Source: Kiritimatiellia bacterium
Lineage (GTDB): Bacteria; Verrucomicrobiota; Kiritimatiellia; RFP12; UBA1067
Direction: 5' to 3'
Assembly (NCBI GenBank): GCA_016296065.1
Contig: JAEDKA010000001.1
Location: 68,591 to 132,590, forward strand
Length of the DNA stretch: 64,000 bases
The position numbers were made by a program, and so were the translations under genes. Shown in pieces: positions 1 to 7,879 of this stretch; position 1 is the stretch's first letter, and each line of letters opens with the position of its first letter. The notes beneath the pieces are model-generated. The model had not been told where the DNA came from. It ran no database searches and worked only from the letters and a program-made list of their open reading frames with translations.

Positions 1-84
1 CCGTTTTCGCGTCATCCGAAAACAGTGGAAAATGAGGAGTGATATTTATTCATTGAGCGCACCAGGGCCACGGCCACGGCTTCT

Positions 85-141
85 GGTGGTGACATCGTGG
101 TGACCATCGAGCAATCTGGATTCAGCGTGAGTATCCGCTTA
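85..141 (+). pseudogene. Orphan 3'-end relic of a giant surface-protein gene (GGDIVVTIEQSGFSVSIR, with TTA where the stop should be)
   Basis: Frame-1 translation of 85-138 is GGDIVVTIEQSGFSVSIR. This matches the last residues of CDS 294-4232 (GDIVVTVVQSGLQVYIR) and CDS 7880-12421 (GDIIITTVQTGFEVRLR). All three forward frames have stops within nt 1-100 (TGA 40-42 in this frame), so no gene body precedes it. The downstream strings caggagt, cgtcatgtct, gaggcg and gtgctt are collinear with 4233-4300. Confidence 0.55.
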
Positions 142-169
142 GGCCACAGGAGTCGACGTCATGTCTTGA

Positions 170-195
170 GGCGGCTGGTGCTTCAGCCAGCCGCC
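170..195 (+). terminator. Stem-loop, weak terminator candidate
   Basis: ggcggctgg (170-178) pairs with ccagccgcc (187-195) around an 8-nt loop. It sits in the same relative position as hairpin 4259-4292. No U-tract follows, so intrinsic termination is uncertain. Confidence 0.3.
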
Positions 196-261
196 CTGCG
201 TAAATTTCACGGTACTTTTTGCGCAATATAGTCGTTTGTGACCTTGGGAATATGATAAAAT
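196..261 (+). promoter_or_regulatory. Promoter module copy 1 (tandem operator units plus extended -10), drives CDS 294-4232
   Basis: Unit 1 is CTGCGTAAATTTCACG (196-211) and unit 2 is TTGCGCAATATAGTCG (219-234). There are 32 nt between GCG (221-223) and TAAAAT (256-261), which is preceded by TGa (253-255). The ATG at 294 is about 26 nt from the predicted TSS, with GGGAG upstream of it. Confidence 0.6.
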
Positions 262-293
262 AACTTCAAACAAATATGCAGGGAGTCTAATTT

Positions 294-3200
294 ATGCCCC
301 AAAAAACAATCAAGACCCTTCTTTTCGCAACGTCGTCGGCGTTGTCCTTTGCTGCTTTTTCCGCGCAGATCTACTGGAAATCCACTGTAACAGAAGGATA
401 CATCGACACGACTGGCGACAGCAGTGGCTGGACTGGCGGGGTAGTCCCTGGCAATGGCGATGCAGGCGAATTCAACAACTCGCTGAGCGCGAATACAACA
501 TACACCGTGAAGATTCCGACGGAAGGCGGCTCCTTCACGTTCCCTGCGTCCATAGGCGGGGCGGCCATTCCGCAGGGCACGAAGGTAGTGTTCGACGCAA
601 CCGGGACGAAGTGGGTCATGTCGACTACGCCCGGTACCGCGTGGACGAAGGCCGTTCTTGAATTCAGCGATGCGAGCGGAGATATCTTCGGCATTCAGAA
701 CAGAGATGCGTCAAAGGATAGCGACTACTACGGCCTGAGCCTCGACGACGGCAAGATAAGCTACGAGCACGATGCGGACGGATATGTCGTGAAGCTCGAG
801 AGCGGAACGATCGACGCTTATAATCTTCCCGGCGGCGGAACCTCCCTGCATTCGCTCAGGCTTCTTTATTCGAACGGGAGTTCAAACAACAGGGTCGTGT
901 TCGGCGCAGGCACGAAGTCCGTCTTTCAGAGCGTCGTGATCGGCGGGCGTTCGCAGGGCGGCTATGTCCTCGTCGAGGGCGGCGAGCATAAGATTTACAA
1001 CGGGCTTAAGGTAGGCGGCTGGAACGACGCCCCGAATGCTGAACTGCGCATCACCGGCGGAACACTGTCTGCGATGGCGAGCGGCGGTTCCGTTGATGTC
1101 GGAGGAGCGGCCTGCCCGGCAAGGATCGTAGTCTCCGGAACGGGCGAGTTCACAAACGATGTGGGCTCGGTTTACTGTCCGAACAACAGCGGCGCCAACG
1201 GAACGATTGAACTTTCCGGCAATGCAAAGTGGATTCATGCGCGCGTGTTTGGTCTTGCCCTGGGTCACAGCGGCGGAACTGGCAGCATTTCCATGGGGGA
1301 CAACGCCGTCTTCTTGTCGCCAGGCGGTATCAATGTCGGTGACTCGGCGAACGGCACTGGCAGCATTCTGATCAAGGATGAGGCGGAAATGTCCGTAAGC
1401 ACCATCACCCTCAGCCATGCCGCCAATACGACGTCCGAGCTGACAATGCTCGGCGGCACGCTGAAACTTGCGTCCAATGCTTCCATCACCTCCGGCAACG
1501 GATCGCCGTTCAAGGGCGGCGCGGGCACGGTCAAGTGCCTTTTCGACGGTGGCACGATCATCCCTGGCGGAAACGATTCGCAGACCGTCCAAAGTGTGCC
1601 TGCCGTCGAGCTGGGTGTGAACGGCGTCACTGTCGATACCGGCTCCAATGGCAACGTCAAGTGGAGTGCGAAGACGCAGAACGCGAAGGACTCCCAAAAC
1701 AAGGATGTGGCCGGTCTGTTTGTCAAGGACGGCAGCGGCGTGCTTATCGTCAGAATGTCCGAGACGGACAATTCCGCCGTTGCGCCGTACAACGGACGCC
1801 CGCTCAACTCCGAGCATGCGAACACTTTCGTCAAGACGGGTACGCTTCGCTTCGACAACCAGAACGCGACGGACGGCTACTGCAGGTTCGGCAACAATGT
1901 CACTGTCAACGGAGGGGCGACGCTCAGTACGGAGTACAACGGCTGCACGCGTCTCAAGATGAATACTCTCACGCTCGGCGGAGAGACGGGTACGGCGACA
2001 GTTAAGCTCGACTTCGGTGATGTCGTCGAAATTGACGCAGCCGACGGGCTTGCCGTTGTCGGCTCGGCCCAGGTCGACATCTCCAACTGGACGTCCGCAG
2101 CCGTCGGCAGCGAGTATACCGTATTCAAGTGCGCAGGCTCCGTCCCGCTGGGCGTTCTTTCCAGAATCGTCATTTATGGAGTCTCGAACAGGGACTATGC
2201 CTGGAAGACCGCAACGGACGAGGGCGGCAACACTCTCTGCAACATCTACGTTGCCGAGGAAGGCATGCTACCGCTTACGATCACGTATGCGAACGACGCG
2301 GTGACGACGAACGGGCTCGGCACGGCGGTGACGGCCATCGTCGCCGAGCAGTCAGGGACGCAGGTCGGCGACATAACGCTCGCGCGCGGTACGTCTGTTT
2401 CAGTCGCGGAGGATATGACGCTCAACCTCACCGGCGACATGACAGGCGGCGGCACTTTGCTCACGAAGTCTGGCTCCGGCAAGCTTGTGGTGAGCGGCAA
2501 CAACTCCGGCTTTACCGGCTCGTTTGTCTCGCAGAGCGGAACGCTCGAGGTGAAATCCAGGGACGCGCTTGGTCCGCAGACGCTCACTTCACCTCTCGTC
2601 CTCGGGAATGGAACGTTCAAGTACAGCTCCAGTGATCCAGCCACGTTCAATGCCGCGCTGAAGCTCTCCGGCAATATCGCAGGCAAGGCGGTGATTCTCG
2701 ACAACACAGGCGACCTCACCTTCAACGGGCTGGTACATGAGAAGGGGCTTCTTGTCAAGAAGGGCGCAGGCGCGCTTGCGTTCGACCTCCCTGCCGGAAC
2801 CTACTATCTCGGACACGACAATATTGACGGCGATGGGGGAGAGCACGATGGTGACCTCGTGCTGCCCGAGAGCGGCGACGCACCCGAGACCAATACCGGA
2901 ATGTACGGCGTGACGATTGCCGAAGGTGCCTTGAAGATCAAGGGCACCGGGGCGGACGGAGCGTCGAAGACACAGGTCAACACCGACAATACCATCATAG
3001 TCGGCACCGGTTACGCGGCACAGGTGGCACCTGCGGTTGTCGTCGAGAATGCAAGGATGGAATTCGGCAAGGGAAGCCGTCACGGAACGATCATGGCACG
3101 CTATCCAGTTGCTAGCCCGGTTCCAGAGATACATCTCACCAACGCCTTTTTCCACGCCAACTTCCCGACGTTCGGGCGCCATACATCGACAGGCGGTGTG

Positions 3201-4232
3201 AGCGACATCGGTCCTACGGTCACCATGAGCAATTCCACCATTTCGTGCGAATGGAACTGCACCCTTGGCAGCGCCGGATTCGCGAGCGTAACCCTCGATG
3301 CCGACGACTCCGTGTTCAACATCGAGCGGAACGTCACCATTGCGGCGAGCAAATTCAACGCCGATTTCCACGGGAAAACAGCTGCGTTCTCCGCAAGCTA
3401 CAATTCAGGTTCCGAGGGTGGCTGGATTGCATCCCATAACCATCCGCAGGGCACGATCATGTTCCGTGACGGGGCTTCGATGAAAACGACACTTGGAATC
3501 CGCTTTGCCGGTTCCCAGCTCGAAGTGAAGTTCGACGGCGGCACGTTCGAGATACTTCCGCACAACACGGCGGAATGCAAGACGGCTACATCCACCTGGG
3601 TGAACGCCAACCGCGGCATCGAGACGACCGGAGCCGGAATGTCCGTCAAGATCGCCGAGGGGTCGACGCACGACTTCAACTTCCCGGTGAAGGGAACGGG
3701 TTCCGTGACGAAGACGGGTGCAGGAACGTTCAAGCTCGTCGCGCCGCGCACGGCGGGCGAGAAGCTCCTCCAGTACACGGGCGGTACGGTCGTCTCCAAC
3801 GGCACGCTCGTCGTGGACGGATCGCTTGTCGCGGACGGCGCGAAGTCGTTCGAGGTCGCAGAGGGCGCGACGCTTGACCTTAACGAATCGACGCTTGCAA
3901 GCGCGACAATCTCGGGCGCTGGTGTCGTCACGAACGGCACGCTCTCTGCGGCGACGATCGCCTACGACGCCGATGCGGTGCTCACCTTCGAGGATGTTGC
4001 GTTCAACGGCGCGCTCACGGTGGACTTCGGCTGCACGGCGGAGAATCCTCTCGACAGTGATGCCGGCAGAGCGGGCATCACCGTCGCGCACTACACCGGT
4101 GGGGCGCCGGTCATCGCGAAGGTCGTTCCGGCCAACACCGGCATTGTCCGCGCCAAGGCGAAGGTGGAGTGCAACGAAGGCGATATTGTCGTGACCGTCG
4201 TGCAGAGTGGACTGCAGGTGTACATCCGCTGA
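294..4232 (+). CDS. Giant secreted beta-helical surface protein with autotransporter-associated (PATR-type) beta-strand repeats and a GLQVYIR-stop tail
   Basis: Uninterrupted 1312-aa ORF. The signal peptide is MPQKTIKTLLFATSSALSFAAFSAQ. The sequence is rich in G/T/N/S repeats, including GGGTLLTKSGSGKLVVSGNNSGFTGSFVSQSGTLEV and GTGSVTKTGAGTFKLV...YTGGTVVSNGTLVVDG. The C-terminal half is collinear with CDS 7880-12421 (shared EGSTHDFNFPV and YTGGTVVSNGT). Confidence 0.85.
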   Translation: MPQKTIKTLLFATSSALSFAAFSAQIYWKSTVTEGYIDTTGDSSGWTGGVVPGNGDAGEFNNSLSANTTYTVKIPTEGGSFTFPASIGGAAIPQGTKVVFDATGTKWVMSTTPGTAWTKAVLEFSDASGDIFGIQNRDASKDSDYYGLSLDDGKISYEHDADGYVVKLESGTIDAYNLPGGGTSLHSLRLLYSNGSSNNRVVFGAGTKSVFQSVVIGGRSQGGYVLVEGGEHKIYNGLKVGGWNDAPNAELRITGGTLSAMASGGSVDVGGAACPARIVVSGTGEFTNDVGSVYCPNNSGANGTIELSGNAKWIHARVFGLALGHSGGTGSISMGDNAVFLSPGGINVGDSANGTGSILIKDEAEMSVSTITLSHAANTTSELTMLGGTLKLASNASITSGNGSPFKGGAGTVKCLFDGGTIIPGGNDSQTVQSVPAVELGVNGVTVDTGSNGNVKWSAKTQNAKDSQNKDVAGLFVKDGSGVLIVRMSETDNSAVAPYNGRPLNSEHANTFVKTGTLRFDNQNATDGYCRFGNNVTVNGGATLSTEYNGCTRLKMNTLTLGGETGTATVKLDFGDVVEIDAADGLAVVGSAQVDISNWTSAAVGSEYTVFKCAGSVPLGVLSRIVIYGVSNRDYAWKTATDEGGNTLCNIYVAEEGMLPLTITYANDAVTTNGLGTAVTAIVAEQSGTQVGDITLARGTSVSVAEDMTLNLTGDMTGGGTLLTKSGSGKLVVSGNNSGFTGSFVSQSGTLEVKSRDALGPQTLTSPLVLGNGTFKYSSSDPATFNAALKLSGNIAGKAVILDNTGDLTFNGLVHEKGLLVKKGAGALAFDLPAGTYYLGHDNIDGDGGEHDGDLVLPESGDAPETNTGMYGVTIAEGALKIKGTGADGASKTQVNTDNTIIVGTGYAAQVAPAVVVENARMEFGKGSRHGTIMARYPVASPVPEIHLTNAFFHANFPTFGRHTSTGGVSDIGPTVTMSNSTISCEWNCTLGSAGFASVTLDADDSVFNIERNVTIAASKFNADFHGKTAAFSASYNSGSEGGWIASHNHPQGTIMFRDGASMKTTLGIRFAGSQLEVKFDGGTFEILPHNTAECKTATSTWVNANRGIETTGAGMSVKIAEGSTHDFNFPVKGTGSVTKTGAGTFKLVAPRTAGEKLLQYTGGTVVSNGTLVVDGSLVADGAKSFEVAEGATLDLNESTLASATISGAGVVTNGTLSAATIAYDADAVLTFEDVAFNGALTVDFGCTAENPLDSDAGRAGITVAHYTGGAPVIAKVVPANTGIVRAKAKVECNEGDIVVTVVQSGLQVYIR

Positions 4233-4258
4233 TGCGTCAGGAGTTGCCGTCATGTCTG

Positions 4259-4292
4259 GAGGCGCCGTGTGCTTAATTTGCGCCGGCGCCTC
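4259..4292 (+). terminator. Stem-loop after the giant-protein gene, weak terminator candidate
   Basis: gaggcgccg (4259-4267) pairs with cggcgcctc (4284-4292). The 16-nt loop is long and only atgttt follows. Confidence 0.35.
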
Positions 4293-4296
4293 ATGT

Positions 4297-4362
4297 TTGC
4301 GCAAAATTCACGGTTATTTGTGCGTTTTGTTCACGGCGAGGGTGGTGGAAAAATTGTATAAT
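4297..4362 (+). promoter_or_regulatory. Promoter module copy 2, drives CDS 4428-7658
   Basis: Unit 1 is TTGCGCAAAATTCACG (4297-4312) and unit 2 is GTGCGTTTTGTTCACG (4319-4334). There are 32 nt between GCG (4322-4324) and TATAAT (4357-4362). The predicted leader is about 59 nt. Confidence 0.6.
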
Positions 4363-4427
4363 GTTAGCGTAAATCCGAGGTGTAGGATTTGCATTGCGTT
4401 TTAAACATAAAAACGAAAGGTCGAATA

Positions 4428-7400
4428 ATGAAACGAACGATGGCAGCTGTCGGTATGTCGCTCATGGCGATATCGGCTTTTGCGGCGCTCGACGAAATCG
4501 AGCTCAAGGACTGGATGCTTCAGGACGCAACGGTCGTCGAGGCGCAGGCGAAGAAGGAGGGTTGGTTCAAGTACAACTCCGCCTGCCAGACGACCGAGGG
4601 CGAGAAGCTGTCGCTGAACGGATACGACGCGAAGGGCTGGTACAAGGCGACCGTTCCCGGAACGGTCCTCACCACGCTCGTCGACAACGGAGTCTATCCC
4701 GAGCCCACGTACGGCGAGAACAACCGCCCCGAGATCATCCCCGACGACCTCTGCAGGAAGGACTGGTGGTACCGCACGAAGGTCCGCGTTCCGGACAGCT
4801 TCAAGGACAAGACCGTCTGGCTGAACTTCGACGGCATCAACTACCACGCCGAGATATGGGTGAACGGACGCATCACCGGCCGCATGACGGGCGCGTTCAA
4901 GCGCGCGTCGTTCGACCTCGCGAAGAGCGGCGACGCAAAGGCGGGGAAGGACATCTCCATCGCCGTCAGAATCTCGCCGCAGCCGACGGTCGGCGTGCCG
5001 AGCGAGCACACGATGGGCACGACGGGCGGACCGTGCGGAGGCGTCGCGCGCCTTGACGGTCCCACTTTCGGGTGCTGCGTCGGCTGGGACTGGCTCAGCG
5101 GAGTCCGCGACCGCGAGGCGGGGCTCTGGCGCAAGGTGACGCTTTCCGCGACCGGCGACGCGAAGATTCTCGATCCGCAGGTCGTGACGGACCTCCCTGC
5201 GCTTCCGAAGCTCGACACGGCGACGGTGTGCGTTAACGTTCCTGTCAGGAACCTTTCCGAGAAGCCTCTCGAAGGGACGGTCACCGTTGCGTTCGACGAC
5301 GTTAAGATCTCCAAGAAGGTCGCGCTTGGGCCCTCCGAGACGAAGACGGTCGCGTTCGCTCCTGCCGAGTTCGCCGCGCTCAACGTGAAGAATCCGAAGC
5401 TGTGGTGGCCCAACGGACTCGGCGAGCCCGCGCTCCACGATATGAAGATATCGCTTTCCGCGGCTGGGAAGGACAGCGACGAGAAGTCCCTCAAGTTCGG
5501 CATCCGCAAGTTCGACTACTTCGCCGGGAACAAGCCAGAGTTCGCGCTCGCCGTAAACGGTGTGAGGGTGTTCATGAAGGGCGGCAACTGGGGCCTTGAC
5601 GAGATGCTCAAGCGCATCCGCCGCGACAGGATCGACGCGCAGGTCCGGCTCCACCGCGAGGAGAACTTCAACATGATCCGCGACTGGGGCGGGATGAGCC
5701 AGAGCGAAGAGCTCGCCGACGCGTGCGACAAGTACGGCATCATGCTCTGGGAGGACTTCTGGCAGTTCAACTCGATCGATCCCGTAAACACGGACTTCTA
5801 CTTCACGCACGTGAAGGACACCATCCTCAGGTTCCGCAACCACGCATCGCTCGTTCTCTGGTGCTCGCGCAACGAGGCGACGCCTCCGAAGTACCTTGAC
5901 GACGAGATGCGCTTCCTCCTGAAGGAGCTCGATCCGACGCGCCACTACCAGGCCAATTCCGGCGGCGGATACGGTTTCAACTCCGGAGGTCCGTACGACT
6001 GGGCGCCGCCCGCGCGCTTCTCGCGCTTCATGGATGATCCGTCCTGGAAGAAGCAGGAGACGTTCAAGACCGAGATCGGCGGCGTGTCGATTCCGACGAT
6101 CGAGTCCCTCATGTCGATGTTCCCGAAGGAGGACTGGGAGGGCTTCACGGACGCGTGGGGCGAGCACAACATGTGCGCCGGCGGCGGCAGGAAGTATCCG
6201 CGCTTCATGGCCACGCGCTACGGCGAGATCCGTAACTTCGCCGACTTCGCCCGCAAGGCGCAGCTCATGAACTACGAGACGCACCGCGCGATCTACGAGG
6301 GGCGCATCGGACGCATGTTCGAGCCGATGGAGGGTGCTCTCCTGTGGATGAGCATCCCGGCGCAGCCGAGCCTCATCTGGCAGTCGTTTACCTACGACCT
6401 CGACACGCACGCAACGTACTTCGGCATCAAGAAGGGCTGCGAGCCGCGCCATGTGTTCTTCAACGAGTCGGCCGAGGGTGGAATGGTCCAGGCGGTCAAC
6501 CATGGCCGCACGCCGTTCGAGGGCAAGGCCAAGTTCTCGATCTACAACCTCGACGCGACGCTTGTCGGAACGCAGGAGTTCGCCGTGAAGCTCGGCCCTG
6601 CGCAGAAGATGAAGCTCGGTGACGTCAAGTGGCCGGAGAACCTCTCGAAGGTCCACTTCATGAAGGCGGAGCTCTTCGACGCCGCCGGTAAGCTCGTCAC
6701 CGACAACTTCTACTGGCACAACCGCGCGTGCAACCCCGCGAAGGCTGACGAGCTGCGCGACGACAACAAGATTGTCCGCTACGACGACCTCAAGGACCTC
6801 GATACGCTTCCGAATGTTACGCTCGAGGCCAAGGCGAAGTCCGCCGTGCGCGAGGGCAAGACGCTCGTCGCTGTCGAGCTCAGGAATCCGTCCAAGTCCG
6901 TGGCGCTTATGGCGCACATCCAGCTCCGCGGCGCGAAGACGGCCAAGCGCGTCCTTCCGACGACGTACTCCGACAACTACGTGTCGCTCCTTCCTGGTGA
7001 GACGAAGAGGCTCGTCGCGCAGTGCGACACCGTGCAGCTCAACGGCGAGCAGCCGTTCGTGACGGTCGACGGATGGAACGTCACAGTCGCGAAGAGCGAC
7101 ATGGTGGGTCCGAACGAGATCGCCTCTCCCGACGCGAAGGAGTGGGCGCACCAGAAGGGCTTCGGGTTCCTTCCAAAGCCTCTCGTCGCGAAGAAAGTCG
7201 TGCGCATCAACTGCGGCGGATACAACCGCGGAAACTTTGAGAAGGACCCTGGCTTCCTCGAGGCGCCGGTAGGGTTCCGCACCGAGCCCATGGACCTCTC
7301 CGATTGCCCAGACGCCGGACCCGAAGACATGTACCGCACGGTCCGCTGGGGCGAGTCGGTCTACTCCAACCTCCTCTCCAAGGCAAACGCGCCGTACACG

Positions 7401-7658
7401 GTCCGTCTCCACTTCGCGGAGAGCGAGAAGTCCAAGTGCGACGGAAAGAATATGATGGACGTCCTTGCGAACGGCGAGCCGATCCTCACGAACTTCGATC
7501 CCGCTTTCGCAGGACTCTACAAGGCCGGCGTCAAGGAGGTCAAGCACGTCAAGTCCGACGCGAAGGGCTACGTGAACCTCTCGTTCGTGAAGGGCAAGAA
7601 GGTCGGCAACGAGTCGCGTGATCCGCGCATCAACGGATACGAGATCATACCCGAGTGA
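4428..7658 (+). CDS. GH2-family glycosidase (beta-mannosidase / exo-beta-glucosaminidase-like) with a C-terminal malectin-type carbohydrate-binding domain
   Basis: The ORF-track start at 4389 is TTG. ATG 4428 gives the signal peptide MKRTMAAVGMSLMAISAFAAL. GH2 hallmarks are VDNGVYPEPTYGENNR, NFNMIRDWGG and WCSRNEATPP. The C-terminus reads RINCGG...YTVRLHFAE...INGYEI, which is a malectin-like pattern. Confidence 0.9.
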   Translation: MKRTMAAVGMSLMAISAFAALDEIELKDWMLQDATVVEAQAKKEGWFKYNSACQTTEGEKLSLNGYDAKGWYKATVPGTVLTTLVDNGVYPEPTYGENNRPEIIPDDLCRKDWWYRTKVRVPDSFKDKTVWLNFDGINYHAEIWVNGRITGRMTGAFKRASFDLAKSGDAKAGKDISIAVRISPQPTVGVPSEHTMGTTGGPCGGVARLDGPTFGCCVGWDWLSGVRDREAGLWRKVTLSATGDAKILDPQVVTDLPALPKLDTATVCVNVPVRNLSEKPLEGTVTVAFDDVKISKKVALGPSETKTVAFAPAEFAALNVKNPKLWWPNGLGEPALHDMKISLSAAGKDSDEKSLKFGIRKFDYFAGNKPEFALAVNGVRVFMKGGNWGLDEMLKRIRRDRIDAQVRLHREENFNMIRDWGGMSQSEELADACDKYGIMLWEDFWQFNSIDPVNTDFYFTHVKDTILRFRNHASLVLWCSRNEATPPKYLDDEMRFLLKELDPTRHYQANSGGGYGFNSGGPYDWAPPARFSRFMDDPSWKKQETFKTEIGGVSIPTIESLMSMFPKEDWEGFTDAWGEHNMCAGGGRKYPRFMATRYGEIRNFADFARKAQLMNYETHRAIYEGRIGRMFEPMEGALLWMSIPAQPSLIWQSFTYDLDTHATYFGIKKGCEPRHVFFNESAEGGMVQAVNHGRTPFEGKAKFSIYNLDATLVGTQEFAVKLGPAQKMKLGDVKWPENLSKVHFMKAELFDAAGKLVTDNFYWHNRACNPAKADELRDDNKIVRYDDLKDLDTLPNVTLEAKAKSAVREGKTLVAVELRNPSKSVALMAHIQLRGAKTAKRVLPTTYSDNYVSLLPGETKRLVAQCDTVQLNGEQPFVTVDGWNVTVAKSDMVGPNEIASPDAKEWAHQKGFGFLPKPLVAKKVVRINCGGYNRGNFEKDPGFLEAPVGFRTEPMDLSDCPDAGPEDMYRTVRWGESVYSNLLSKANAPYTVRLHFAESEKSKCDGKNMMDVLANGEPILTNFDPAFAGLYKAGVKEVKHVKSDAKGYVNLSFVKGKKVGNESRDPRINGYEIIPE

Positions 7659-7692
7659 CATCGGCGAAACTCATTCCGGGTGCATAATGCGT

Positions 7693-7727
7693 CCGCGCGG
7701 CACATCTGCCGCGCGGGCGCTTTTTTT
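7693..7727 (+). terminator. Rho-independent terminator (twin of 54524-54560)
   Basis: A perfect 10-bp stem, ccgcgcggca (7693-7702) with tgccgcgcgg (7707-7716), encloses the loop catc. It is followed by gcgc and then T7 (7721-7727). It lies 35 nt after the stop of CDS 4428-7658. Confidence 0.85.
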
Positions 7728-7784
7728 CTGCATTCAGATCTGAATTTTCCGGTTGGTGATAGGCATTTTCCGGAAAAGATTCTG

Positions 7785-7850
7785 TTGCGCAAATTTCACG
7801 ATTGTTTTTGCGCGAAATTCGTTCTTTGCCTGCGGCTGTTTTGTTACAAT
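7785..7850 (+). promoter_or_regulatory. Promoter module copy 3, drives CDS 7880-12421 and 12445-15090
   Basis: Unit 1 is TTGCGCAAATTTCACG (7785-7800) and unit 2 is TTGCGCGAAATTCGTT (7807-7822). A 32-nt spacer leads to TGtTACAAT (7842-7850). Confidence 0.6.
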
Positions 7851-7879
7851 ATAGGCGATCATTGACCAAGGAGGATCGA

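Noticed and set aside
196-234. Reading the TTGCGY/TTCACG units as a CRP/FNR-type inverted repeat, or as a canonical -35 element.
   Set aside because: The half-sites are direct and not inverted: TTGCG is not the complement of TCACG, so there is no TGTGA-N6-TCACA symmetry. The promoter-proximal TTCACG would sit 22 nt from the -10 hexamer, outside the 16 to 18-nt sigma-70 window.
4373-4392. Small hairpin aaatcc-gaggtgt-aggattt in the predicted 5'UTR of GH2 gene 4428, as a regulatory element.
   Set aside because: It has only a 6-bp AU-rich stem, occurs once, and I cannot assess its conservation from this window.
4389-4427. ORF-track 5' extensions using TTG or upstream starts: 4389, 7802, 23854, 39603 and 52126 (all TTG), plus 57563 and 61955.
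   Set aside because: The extensions run through promoter modules and -10 hexamers, or overlap the preceding CDS. Downstream ATGs (4428, 7880, 23881, 39813, 52369, 58016, 62057) give canonical signal peptides collinear with paralogs. Each either follows a Shine-Dalgarno sequence or sits at the predicted +1.
6900-7658. The malectin-type domain on a bacterial GH2, as a novelty.
   Set aside because: Malectin-like (CBM57-type) modules appended to bacterial glycosidases are already known. It is noted as annotation only.
4401-7661. 1086-aa antisense ORF mirroring the whole GH2 gene. Similar long minus-strand ORFs lie at 12715-14682, 17731-20739, 26039-27583, 28604-30526, 43428-45437 and 52240-54228.
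   Set aside because: The two I checked (4401-7661 and 17731-20739) lie in the same codon register as the + strand gene, so antisense stops arise only from sense TTA, CTA or TCA codons. High-GC codon usage avoids these codons. The translations are R/A/L/V/E-rich low-complexity sequences with no recognisable motifs, whereas the + strand products have clear GH-family signatures and signal peptides.
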